Shown here: positions 1-13,100 of the stretch, in pieces | Layout: each line of letters begins with the position of its first letter | Position numbering within the stretch: the first letter of the stretch is position 1 | Source of the DNA: Lingula anatina | Taxonomy: Eukaryota > Animalia > Brachiopoda | NCBI GenBank assembly: GCA_051362555.1 | Contig: CM120646.1 | Span: 4,960,001 to 5,024,000, forward strand | DNA length: 64,000 nucleotides | Reading direction: 5' to 3' | Notes under the pieces: generated by a model | Seen by the model: the letters and a program-made list of their open reading frames with translations, nothing else | Database searches by the model: none | Told to the model about the DNA's origin: nothing | Program-made: the position numbers and the translations under genes

Positions 1-699
1 CTTTCAGGATCAAGTTTGCGGAACTCAGATTTACCACACTCCTCCCTCGGGTTGTGCCAATAAACACAGTCAATTATATTCAAATTGATGTCAATTTCCT
101 TGTAGAAAAAAAGCTACCAAGAGAGAACTGATGGATACCAGATGAAACAGAAACCTGCGACCAGGTGGCAAAAACCATCACCTGTGTGGGAGTATGTGAA
201 AAATGATTTACTGTCATTATATAAAATTTTTTTGGTATATCATTTTTGTGTTAAACAACCTGAACATGACTAACAACACATGTAAGTTGCCCATAAATCA
301 CCTGTATATGGGCATTTTTACAATCCTGGGCTCCTTTTTTTCCCACCAAGGGTCAAAAATAGAAGTCATTTTTGTGTTGAAATGTGTACTTTTCTTGAAA
401 GTATAGACCTGAAGGGTATAAGAAATGACAATCCCGAGATAAAACCTTGTGTATGTATAAAGATATGATCATTTGAATTTTGAAAATCATTTTTTTAATT
501 TTCATAAGCTAAACCTTGAAGTGTGTGACTTTTATGGTAATTTAAGGTATTGATCTCCAAAAAACCACTTAGTTTTACTCAGAGAGTATTGCTCTTTTAT
601 GTATTTGCAAAAAAAATGGATGAAAATATCCAAAATTTGACGAATCAATGACATTTTGCAATTTTCCTGTTTCAGTATTAAATGTGACTCCAAGTTTTT

Positions 700-1615
700 G
701 ATTCTGAGATATTCTGAGGACTTCTGTACTTCACTTTACCTTGCATTAGTTCTTTATGTTATGCTTCATGATTGTGTAAAATATTATTTTGCACGGACAT
801 GTGTGCTAATTGCAGTGTCATGTTAAAATAAATGTCCTTTCCGAAACATCCCTGTTTCGGAAAGGACAATTTTTTAACATTTATGATATTGTTTTAATAT
901 ATTGTAGTATTTGAGTTTTTATAAGTTTTAGGTGAAGTCTTTGAATAACTGGGCAAAATAGGTGGAAGCTGAACTAAAATTGAAGTCTTTTTATTACATT
1001 TTGTGCTTGTTTTGTCTATTTTGTACTAGTAATTCATTACTGGAATTTTATTTTATTAAATATTGATTCTGAGATATATTCCAGGTATTCTTTACGCCAT
1101 TATACCTTATTTCAGTTTCTTTTGTTACAGTGCATAGCTGTATAAAATATTATTTGACAATGTCAGATTTACCAACAGTAAAGACATGTTTAAAAATATG
1201 TCCTTTTAGACATGTCCTTGTTTCGGAATGGACATTTGTTTAACATTTATGAAATTGCCTTAAGATCTCATAGTATGTTGTTTTACAAGGTACAGGTGAA
1301 TCAATCATTAGACAAAATATGAGTAAACTAGATTAAAACTGAATTGTTTTTATTACATTAATTGGTCATTTTGGATAGTTTTTTATTCTTTTTTGAAATG
1401 TTACTCCCTTAGTATTTGATCATGATATAAAATAGAGTCTTCTACACTCCATTATACCCTATTCTACTTCCTTTTGTAACAGCTCATAGCTGTATAAAAT
1501 ATTATTTGACAAGGTCAGGTTTAAATTTAGTAATTACATTTTTAAATATGTCCTTTTAGGCATGTCCTGTGTTTCGGAATGGACATTTATTTAACATTAA
1601 TGAAATTGCTTAAAT
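700..1615. repeat. About 2.5 diverged copies of a 350-365-bp unit inside the TIR element
   Basis: Shared blocks aaaatattattt, tgtcctttt, gtttcggaaWggaca and aacatttatga recur at about 366 and 351 bp spacing. Confidence 0.75.

Positions 1616-1619
<4 letters not shown>

Positions 1620-1690
<71 letters not shown>
1620..1690. repeat. (TA)n microsatellite
   Basis: Direct reading. Confidence 0.98.
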
Positions 1691-1692
<2 letters not shown>

Positions 1693-3584
1693 TGATGTAT
1701 GTATATATTATAGATAATCACAGGAAGTTTATTATAACCCTGTGTCTGCCTGCAAGCGCCTCTGTAAACCGTGCCAGTGAACTATTTTCGAATACTTTTT
1801 TGTACATCATAAGTAAGCAGTATTTAAAGTAAGGTAAGCTATATTATTCAAAATTATATTCTACATAAATTTGATGTGCTTCCCATCATCCTCTTCTTCA
1901 TGAATAATAAATAGATGAGCAGACCAAAGAGTAAACAAGTGTTTTAGACAATGTGTTAAAAAATGTCCTTTCCGATACAAAGCATCCAAATTACCTATAT
2001 TTCTATTTATACTGATATAATCTCTTCAATTAATTGTTAATTTAACTTTGAAATACATGAACTTTGGGAAAATATGCAATGGAAGTTCTAGTAGATCCAA
2101 AGAAAAGATCCTGACTGGCAAAAATGAATTTTTTTGTTGAGGATATACTGTATATAGAAATTTAAAAAGATGCCATTGAAGAAATGTTTTTCTATTATTT
2201 TCATGTCATATGCATGATGCTCTAACAGTAATTTGCTCATGTCAAGTGAAACATACAGCATTAAAGACAGAATTCTCTCTATTTATAACATTGGCAATGT
2301 AAAGGTACTTTGTTTCGGAATGGACAATTTTTAACAAGCATCTCAAAAAAGACCACAGTTAAATGGGTTTCTGTGCACTGGGGTTTTCTTATATAAAAAT
2401 AAATATCACATGTCCTGGGCTTTAGAGAAATATATATTGTTACTGGCTAGGTGTCAACATGTTCTTTTTATGTAAGAGAAACCCAATGTTTCGGAATGGA
2501 CAAATTTAACGGAAAAACACGGTAGGGTTATTTTGCACTCCATGTCAAGCTCCAGAATCATCGCGCAGATTTCATTATTTGATACAAACAATACCAATAC
2601 ATCCAAATAATGATTAGGATGGTAAATTATACTGTATGTTTTATGATATATTTTCTGGAAGTCATTTATTTTTGTTTCGGAATGGACATTTCGTTTAACA
2701 GAAATACCAGCATGCCATTAAAAGGCTTTTTTTTACTAGGATACACCTCTCTCCTGTTAATATTTAAACTTTTTTGCTTCCACCATACTACTGAGTGTTT
2801 TATAATCCAAGAAAAATGCAATGTCAAACACTGTTTTAATTTATTTCAGATTGCTTTTTATTTCATACGACTAAAACGGGAAAAATTTTTGGTCATTTTT
2901 CGGACTTTGCTTTAGCATATCTTTGGACTCGGTGGTGATATTTGGTTTCTATTTTCAGTGTTTATCTTCACTTACACCATTCTCTAACATAGTGATAAAA
3001 TAATTCTTTGATCGTATGTATGTAATTTGTTAATTAGCAATATGTGGGAAAATCTGAAAAGTGCCCAGGATTGTAAAAATGCCCATATGAAGAGTTACAT
3101 AGTGCAATGGGAGAGGGGGGGTGTTCTGATCACACATTTGTTAGAAAAAATGTCCTTACATGAATAATGCACTAATGAATCTAATGGGATATAAACTGCA
3201 AGAATGAAGACCAATTCAGCTTATTCAGTGCAACGAGGTGATCAAAAGTTAGGTAAATTAATGAAACTTTTTAATGGTCCACTGAATCCTTATTTTCCAC
3301 ACTGCAGAAGAACAGCTGACTTGACAGACACATTTCTGTCTTTCAAAAGAGAGCAATTCTTAAGTGTATATATGTGTACTGTACCGTACATGAAAATTGG
3401 TTTTGCTTACTCTCATCAACTTCATAATGGCTGTCAGAATTTTTCAAACTCAATGAACAAAGTGGACAATCAAGAGATACCTGTTGCTTATATTTTTACA
3501 GTTTTTGGAAAGGAAAAATACCAAATTACTTGCAGTTTATACCAAATCTTTTGGGTTAGAAGTGCACACTGAGTGAGGGTCAAT

Positions 3585-3755
3585 CCGGGGCAGCGCTAGC
3601 AGTTTCTCTTTTGCTTAGACAAATCACTCATTTACTCTACTTTTTTCTCCAAATGGTTTTAAAATTGACTAAAACAAGCTAAATCAACCATTTTTTTAGC
3701 CAATTTAAGTCAGTTTTAGCATTTGGCTAAGTTTGGTGAGTTTTAGCGCCACCCG
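3585..3755. mobile_element. Degenerate hAT-like MITE, about 170 bp
   Basis: Imperfect TIR ccggggcagcgcta / tagcgccacccg. Flanks gggtcaat / aggacaat match 6 of 8. Confidence 0.45.
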
Positions 3756-3796
3756 AGGACAATGCAGAGGACTTCAATACACAGGGTAAAGTTTAC

Positions 3797-4192
3797 CTCT
3801 GATAGTAGCGTTCCCAGTAACCAGTAGATGAGCAGTAGCAATGGAGAACCCAAATCTATTGACAGCTACACACATATAAGCACCCGACTCCCACGGTTGC
3901 ACATTAAATATCTTCAACGACCCATCCTCAATAATATGGCGTGGGTCTGGCCTCAAGGGGCGCCCCTCTTGCCTCCATCTCAACTCGTCTGCACCCTCGG
4001 CGATACAGTACAACACTGCCATTTCTCCGACTTTACGTTCAGTATTAGCTGGACGTAAAGTAAATATTGGTTTGTTGGGATGGTCGTTGTTACTGCTGAC
4101 ACCGTCCGTGTTGCTGTTGCTAGAGTCACCGTTATTGCTGCCACTGTTAGTGCTGGCAATACTGCTGCTGGTGGTAACAGCGGATGGGGAGA
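3797..4192 (-). CDS. ihog: Exon: Ser/Asn/Thr-rich linker plus a complete additional I-set Ig domain (KPIFTLRP...LYCIAEG...LRW...SGAYMCVAVN...HLLV)
   Basis: gcttcacag acceptor, gtaaac donor, 396 nt open frame, phase 1-1. Confidence 0.85.
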
Positions 4193-7100
4193 CTGTGAAG
4201 CAAACGGTGCAATGTTAGTAGTTATGGCAAGCTAGCAACATTGATGGAACAATACAACCAACACCATGGAAACTCTGGAGAACATCTGATATATATATAT
4301 GACATGTGCAGATTGAGAATGTCATATATTTATGTGTGTGTGTGTGTATGTGTGAGTGTGTGTCTGTGTATGTGTGTGTGTACTAGCATGTGTTCCTGTT
4401 TGTTTGAGTAACTCTGCCAATGCATACCAAGAGGCAAAACACTGCATTTTTCAGTGAGATGGTTAAAAGTATAATATACATCCAATTACTTTGTCTATAA
4501 TTTTAAATAATGCTGTCATCATAGCCAATGAAAAGTGTAAGAATTTATATTTTTCACTGATGATGTCATACCAGAGTTCCTATGTTTTTAGTGCAAACGT
4601 GATAATAACTTGAAGGCAGTGAAAGTGCAGCAGCATACTAATATAGTGATGTGTCGTATAAAGTTATCAAATATTTTAATGCTGAACAAAAAAAGTAAAC
4701 GAACATGAGCTCAGAATTCAACCCATAATATTCCTTACTCCATCTTTTAGCCACTTATTCTTACCAATTTATTTAAGGAATTTCATTTTAGATGAAAAAA
4801 ATGTTCCGAATCGACAAAGATCAAAGATGCTATGAAAAGGGAAGGAGGGAGATATACTGCTTGCTACAGACATATCTAATATGTAATATTCAGCTAAATC
4901 ATCTCTTAATAATAAGCCTATCTGACCTCCCCCTTGTTGTCAAATATGTTAACATTGAGATAAATCTTAGCAATCCGTCAAATTGCGATGTCAATTTCAA
5001 CTTGGCCTAGCTGAGTTTTAATCCAAACATACATGAGGCCTTAGTATGATATGGAATTGTGATTATCTCCACTGCTTAACTGTGATACAAATTATATTTT
5101 TAGCCTAATTGTGATGTAAATCGGCCTTCTGTCCTGGACAAATCGATCACTTAATTGTATTTCAGATCAGTAACAGTTTTTAGGACAAACAGATTTTACT
5201 AAGTGATATACATTAACATGTTTATCTCTCCAATTCAATTCTGACTGCTCGATTTGATGATATTGAGAAAGTTGAAACATCTTTTTCCTTTATTTCTTGT
5301 GCTTCTACTCACAATTCAGGTTATATAAAATATCTATCTATCTAGCTTCCTCACCTGGACCGTCATCTGGTTGTATGTCCTGAACATTGCCATCGTCATC
5401 TGGGATCTTAGGTGCCTGCAGGAGCTTAAATCTCTCAGTGTTGGGACTGACTAGTTCCTCACCATTACTGTACACTGCAGCTATCCTGAACTTGTATGGA
5501 ATTCCTAGGGAGGAAAAGCATGGGGTTTTATGATACATCATCTTTTGCCAAACATGCTATTAAATAAAGAAATTGGTCTTTGGATATATGTAAAGCAAGA
5601 GAATTAAAAATTAATAATAATGAGGTTTGAGCAGTCTTGGTGTACGTGCTTTCACAGTTTCTTCCTTTTTAAAAATTCATTTATCAACTTCTTTGACACT
5701 TCTCGTTAGTATCATCTTTTTGTACGTTTGATTTTCTTTATTTTGCTAAAATGGAACTCATTCGCAGAAAACACAAGAAAAAGCTAACAAGGGCCCAGAC
5801 ATCAAAAGGAGCCCTCTATTTACCTGTACGCAGTCCTTGGAGAGAAAACATGCAAGCGGAGCAGGCGGAGGTGTTAGCGTGGGTCTTCCACACCCCTTCC
5901 TCCTTATACTGCACCTTGAAGTACTTCACAGGGGTCTGCAGGTTCAGGGGCACTGACCACTTCAGAAGAACCATGTTTTCCTCGATCTGCAGTACCTCTG
6001 GCATGGTGGGAGGGAGGACACCGTCTGAAAAACAGGTAATATAAAATACATCACTTTGCAGTTTGGGCAGTCGACACAAGCACCATCTATAGTTCAGATA
6101 AGCACCATCTATTGCTGCCAGCAGTGACCTAAGCCACTGGTTATATCATGAGTGTCAGTTTCATTGACTTCCGACAAAGGGCACACCATCATTAAGGTGA
6201 TGATTTTTTCCCTTCCTGCATCATGTAACTTGGATTCTTTGGTATACTAATTGTAGTTAATTTATTTGGGATGACTTATTGTTTGCACTGAGATAAACAG
6301 TTTACATAAAAAAAATTAATTTACTTTCTCTCTATTTTTCTTTAGGTCTCAAGATACCTTTGACTATTTAAACTTTTTACCTATACTTTATTTCTACTTC
6401 TCCATCCACAGACAGACAGACCTTTAAATACACTTCCAAACATTAATAAAAACAAAATGACAAACAGGCACACAGACAGACAAAAGCATTACTTTGTGAA
6501 GAACTAGACACCCCTTCCTCTCCACCCTCAGAGCCCCCTGGTGGCTGATTGGTGGTGCTGTTGCTAGGGATCACAGTCAACATGGCGTAGGCATAGGTGG
6601 CACCATACTTGTTGCTAACCAGGCACTGCCATATACCAGAGTGGCGCATCTGGATGTTGGAGACTGTGATGCTGGTGTCTGAAAACAGTTCGATTTTTGT
6701 ATATATCAATTAAAGATAATATATATATATGAGATAAACCATCCGGCTTAAACACTAGCATGCTATCTTGTATAATTTTTTTTCTTCCTCTCCCTTTTTT
6801 AGATTTAAACTAAGATTTATCAGAGGAGAACAAATAATTAGAACTTATAAAACAAGCATGCATAAAGGGAAAATAACATATAAATTCTATTATAGGAAAA
6901 TCTTTTAATTATCAGGACAAACAAATGTTTTTGATGGTGCAATTTCTGAGCTGTTTCTATGGTAACGAGAAAGCTTTACATGTTATACACCAATTACACA
7001 AAATACATATCCTTTACAGAGAGCATGCAGATTTCATATATTCCATGCATTTTTATACAGAGAGAATTTTATTTTTAATCCTCTAAAACATGCTTTTTTC

Positions 7101-10100
7101 TGTTTGACAACAACAAACTAGTACGCATTTTGAAACGCTTACCATTTTCACTTACTGTGGCCCAATGATAAACAAAGGGAGAAAATTTCAGTCAGTGACA
7201 ATCAATTATCTTAAGTCAATCATCTTATCTGTGTACCTTATTTTTGCCTTCCATTCACAAAGGTTCAAGTAAAACAATTTATATAGAATGTCCTCTCTAA
7301 ATGCCTTAAAGTTAAAAACAATCAACACAGTGACATTTTCTAATTGACATCTGGTATTAAATTTGAAAGAAGCTGTGTGCGCATGTGCGTGTAACCACAG
7401 AGAGTAATTGTAAATCTTATTTTTTCAAACACCAGCTCTTACCTTGCACCTGTATACTCTGATCAGTGTCTGGTACAGGCTCTCCGTCATGGACCCACTG
7501 TGTCTTTATTCTGGCCGTGCCATATGTCTCACAGTGAAATGTCACAGTGTCCCCTACTGTCACCACTTTATTACTGGGGGCATTGGTTATCTCTGGCGGG
7601 ACTGAATCATGAAACAAAGTATGTGAGATGTAATTCTGACGTATTTCATTTAATAAAATATAATAATAATGACAACTTAATCAAAAGCAAATAAATACAT
7701 GTAATACATTGTACGAGCAAAAAAAAAAAAAAAAAAAAAAAAAAACATGAAATAAATACTAATACATAAACAGTGCAATTTTATTGTAAATACACCCAAA
7801 ACATGAAATCAAATCAGCTGTTAAAAGGTGAATATTATGTTTGCCTTCAAGTTCAAACCAAATTTGGACTCAGTTCTTTACTGAACTTTGGCATAGATAA
7901 AAATTCCAGCCATCAAATTGTTGTGTTGTCTGGAATCATTGTTAGAAATTAACGCTGGACTGTCTGCCCGGGGCTGACAACTTTCAGAATGGGCTGAGAA
8001 GTTTTCCTACCTGGCAGACATTCAGTCCACCTACTTTTCAAGATGGCTGGACTTTCAGTCCAGCAACTAATTTTCCTAAGAGGCAACACTGGCTGGAATC
8101 ATATCTTTCACCACACCTATTGTGTTAGATGTGACTGGTAACAATGCTCACCTAACACATCCACCATTGCTATAGCTGTGACTGCTGAGTCCACCTCATT
8201 GTCTCCACTGCATATATACGTCCCTATGTCCTGAATCTGGACATTTTCTATCAGCAGAGTACCTAGAATCAAAAAGGAAAATATCATTATCTGCATCATG
8301 CATAGTACGTTATTGGAGAGTACGCACTTATTTTTCATTTTTACTTCTTTATCAATTTTTTTAGATCTTGAGTCAAAAATTTATGAGCAAATCAGTTAAT
8401 TTCAAGTGTCCATCCACTGTGTATATTCATGAGCTTGAATGAGGGGGGTTAATGTCACTGTTACAGTGTAATCAGCATTTAATTTTCATACATGTGGTTA
8501 TTCAAATTACAATATTCTATTAAAATGTAATATAAGGCAATCTACTTATTTTAAATTCTTCACCATATTTTGGCATTTAAACTTCAAAATGAATAAGCAG
8601 AATATGCCAGAGATTTTAACCTAAAGAAAATGTCTTTTCGTAACAGTCAGCCTGGTTCAGGAAGCATGCAAATCCATTTCACACACGCCTCATAGATCAA
8701 AGTCAGTGCTGCATTCCCAACGAGGAAAAATAGAAGTTGGGAACCAGCCGACTGTCACAAGTCTCTCACATATCAGGATGAAGAATTCAGCATACCCTTT
8801 CCATTCATTAAGTAAACCTTAATCACTCACTCACACATTCTCTCAAGTTACTCAGTAATTGCGGAGAAAAACACTGAAAACCAAACACTAGAGGATGCGT
8901 TAGAATACAATCTCTGAAACGGCACCAAAGCCTCCCAAAACAGCTCCAGGCTGTGGAGCCTAATAAAAGAGCTCCCTCCTCTCTCTCTGTGGTTCCGTGA
9001 CTCTGTTTGCCTAAACTTTCAACATCTGTTGTTCTCTGCCATGTTGACAGTGGTTTTTGTTGTGTGGGTCTTGAACGCAGCTGGACGGCAGTGGTACTAA
9101 GGGTTAATCAAAACTGCTACTGCTGCTGAGACTGGGAGCAAAAGGGCCTGTAAACTGTGGAGTTTTATAACCTTTGTTTCTTTTTTCTGGAGCAAAGTTC
9201 CTACACCATTCATTACTAATACACCTTACATTGAGTTTTAACCTTTCAAAACATTTGTCCACCTTAGACTCTTTGATGATTTGATGAACCAAGTTATGAA
9301 ATTTGTTTTGTGTGGATAAATTTTTCACAAAAAAAATCCTTTGTCCTTAATAATGAAAGAATCCAAAATGCTCTCACTTTTACCACAGCACAGACAGAAA
9401 TTAATCATAGAAAAGTTAAAAAATCTGAAGTGGGACTAATAGAGACCAAGAACTGCACCCCATGAGGCGAACCAACTGAGATTTTTCTCTTTGATTTCTC
9501 TCTCTTCCCTAGAGAAACCCGTCCTTCGGTCCCAGACAACAGTCTGCTTGGTTCGTTAACCACAGGTCTTGCTTCATGTCTCAGTCAATCCTAATATCAC
9601 CAAACACACTGATGAAACAAAATCATGTGCTTAATTTCATTTTAATAAATTGTACTAATGGGCTCGAGTCTGTAGAAAACTTGGAGCGGAAATTGAAGTG
9701 ACAACTGACTGATTATGTAATTTGTACCAAAGGAGAACTGGCTTGTGTTTGAAAAAACTGAAAATTTGGTTGACGCTTTCCGTTTTCTTTCCATTTTTTA
9801 GTAGTGAGACACAGTTGACTCTTTTGTTCTATTTTCTTTGCATTCCTATTTTTTTCTTTGAAATCAACTTTTGCAAAAAGTTTCACAGGATATCATGGAA
9901 TTTTATCCCTCAGTTCTATTCAATAACCTTTAAACATACACAGGGGCAGATTTAGGCCGTCTTCTGGGTCTTCCAGAAGACGGTCAGATTTTCAAGTTTA
10001 CATTAAAAGGTATCTTATTTTTTCTGTTGGAAGACGGTCAAAATTGGAGGATAGATCAATAAATATAATTTGGAAGACTGTCAGAAAATAGCTCTGGATC

Positions 10101-13100
10101 CGCCCCTGATACATATATATTCAATGCACACAAATTGATTTTCATACCACAGATTAAAGTCTTATCCACACTTCCCAAATCAACTCGGTGAGTTTTTGAA
10201 ATGGGAAAAGAAATCTGTTCAATAGTAATTGGCCCTGAAATACATGTTTAATGCATTTAACAAATACTACTTCATAAAGCTTTTTTTAATCACTAGTTAA
10301 AATAATTGTACCGATGAGCAAAAACAGATGAACAGATCTTAAGAAGCAGTAACAAATTCAGCATCAGGTTAACTTTCAAAGCCAAATACCTGTGAAACTG
10401 GTCTGAACTAACAACGAAGGAAAAATAATTAAAACTAAGAAAAAATCCGAAAAACTTTCTCGTTCTCCATCAACTTTTCCAGCCAGCTGCTGATGTCATG
10501 TTTGTGATGTATAAGGGCTCATTCAGAATGTAAGTATCGACCCAACTACTTGGGGACTCTTGCTGAATGCATTCAGATAAACAGATCAACACACTTTGAG
10601 TAGAATACAAATACAGCTGGTCATTATACCAGTATATTGGAATCAAGAAGAGGTGTGTTTATCTGTTAAACTGATTGCAATCAGCAAGAGTCCCTGCAGA
10701 GTTAGATCAGTCTACGTAGAAAGATTGGGAATAAGCCCTTTAAACACTGTTTTCACCCTTTTGCTGTCAGAGGTCTGATATGTCAAGATCACTTGGTTGA
10801 CTTATGCAAGGAAATAATTTGATAACTGGCGAAAAGAAAATACATCTAATGACTAACAAGGGCAGACTGTGGTTTCCCTGGGTCGAATTTGAGGTTTTCC
10901 CTGGCTGCACCTTGCAATATCATTCACACATGATCATTTAAAAAGTGACGGGAGAAATAACACCTGGAAACTGAAAACATCCTTCATCATTTTCACTTTT
11001 GTGGTTGATTTTAAAAGTTATTACAAAACCATCACATACAGTCCTACACCAGTGACATCATTGAAAAGCAACGGCAATTACAGCAGCTATTCTTAATATG
11101 ACAAAGATCATTTAAAGATAGGAAAAATAGCCTCATCCTTTCAAAATCTGTCACATTTTTCCTTAGCTCCCAAGTAAAGTATGACAGGAGAGAAAAAATA
11201 TTCACTGTGGGAAACAAAAGACTGAGGTTTACTAAAGCTATATATACTATCTCGTAGATGGAGGCGGCAAAGAGAGAAGATCCTGTGAGAACAAAGCCAT
11301 GTTTTCCCTAGCACTGAGATTGATAAGATAGCCAGAGGTGTCTGCATTGAGGGGAAGTCATTCTGACAGCTCCACATAGCATGCATTTCTACAGTCTGGC
11401 TAGAGTTTCCAATGCCTTGCATTACTCACTGGTCAGCAACTGCCCAGACCAGAGTCCATAAATTGACCAGTGTCAATCTGGGGGCACTTGCTGAGTATCT
11501 CACCTATGATATCTGGACAGTTTATTTCATAAAGCAACAACAAATAACTGAAGTCCCCTGTTGTCTGTTAGTTTGAGCTGGTTATTGATAAGCAATGGAT
11601 GTGATGGCAATTGTGACAGTTGAGACAGGCCATCATTGTGTTTTTAGGCATTGTGTTTCCAGTATCTAAATAATCAATCTTCAACTGAATTTTCTATTGT
11701 CTATCACTCACAGAACATACTTCCAAAGATATCTGTTCTTCCCTTTCTTTCACGCACCTACATCAAACCTCACAACACCCACACACCATAACAAATCCAT
11801 GGATGATACTTACCAAACTCTTGCCTAAATCGCCCCTCTGGCAGCTGTCCACCATATTTGTCCCATGATACCCTAGGGACGGGAGAGCCACCCACGGCAC
11901 ACTCCAGGGTCAGGGTACTCCCCAGGATGACCTCGGTATTCTTAGGGGGCGGCAGGATGAAATGGGGACCAACGTTAGCCAGTGGTGCTGGAATTGACAA
12001 GAATAGAAATAAATAATTATTCAGTAAACAAGAATACAAAGTAAAGTTCGGTACCTGTCATAAATGAGATAAGTTGATTAAAAATTTATAGATCTGTTCA
12101 ATCTTTTGGAGTTTTCACCTCCTGGGGTAGCATACAGGCTCAGGCTGTTATCATCTGCAATTAAAACCATAACCATACCATGACCATACCAAAGCAATTA
12201 AAATAATCTTTTATGCTATTCTTTCTTTTCTAGGCATTTCATACTTTGTATCCAAACTGGTGAACTGACAGTATCTGAGAGATAAAAGTAAGATAAAAAT
12301 ATATATGGATTTATTAACATTACTAACTTCACATTTTTGGGCACAAACACAGCATATTTTCTGCCTGGTACAGATGTCGGAATTATGGAACAAATGCAAA
12401 TTTGAACTGCACATGAATGCACTTGCAAAAAAAATAACAACTGTGTAAAACATTCATTTTCAAAATTCAAATACAGCCTTGTATAACATTCCCTTCAAGC
12501 CACTTCATTATTCTAGCACATGAAACTATCAACTGTTTCCCAAAAGAAAACACTGGCTTGCTAAGAACAATAGTTTACCATGGTGTATAAGCCTGAGAAT
12601 CAGGTTCTATGGGCCAGTCTAACGTGTTATTTATCAATGGTAAAAGCCAAATCAAAATATTTAAACATACTACATAAACACACTACATGCTGAATTGGCT
12701 CTGTGTTGCCAGACCATCCATATCCCTTTAACCTGCTAAGTAAGCTAGAAAACTAAAACAATCAACAGTTCTGAAACTGTTTTTGCCTATCCAGTCTCTG
12801 GGCCCCAAACCTTTACATAGCAGGCCTTCCAAACAGGATTTTTTCGTCAGTTAAAATAGAAATATTTATTTGAACTTTGGGAATAGGATTACACTTCTTT
12901 CAGTGAGGGTTAGAGTTTAGGTAAACTGTGTTCAAATTGTGACTGGCCCCATAGTCAAAATTTTAAGAGGATGTTTTGGGAAAAAGATGACAGACATAAT
13001 CATTTTACTGATACCAGAAACCATTACAAACAATCGCCCAACAGACAAGAAGGGATACAATTTAGCCTCTCCAAAATCAATGGAAAGATTTGTGAAAAGA

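Larger units (their letters stand above)
310..3084. mobile_element. About 2.8-kb non-autonomous TIR DNA transposon (Sola-like)
   Basis: Perfect inverted match 306-331 / 3063-3088 (atatgggcatttttacaatcctgggc). Reads as GGG...CCC ends with a 4-bp ATAT TSD, or TGGG...CCCA ends with a TA TSD. No transposase ORF. Confidence 0.8.

Noticed and set aside
1-98. Open minus-strand frame after a possible aag acceptor, as the next exon
   Set aside because: Open only in phase 0. The required phase 1 hits TGA at once, and the peptide has no recognisable motif.
1614-1832. ORF with YIYIYI run (likewise the RE and SL runs at 48692-48910 and 47701-47958)
   Set aside because: Translations of dinucleotide microsatellites.
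833-2690. Spaced near-identical short repeats resembling a CRISPR array
   Set aside because: Spacing of 176 to several hundred bp is far too long and irregular. The context is a eukaryotic intron with no cas genes, and TE-internal repeats explain it.
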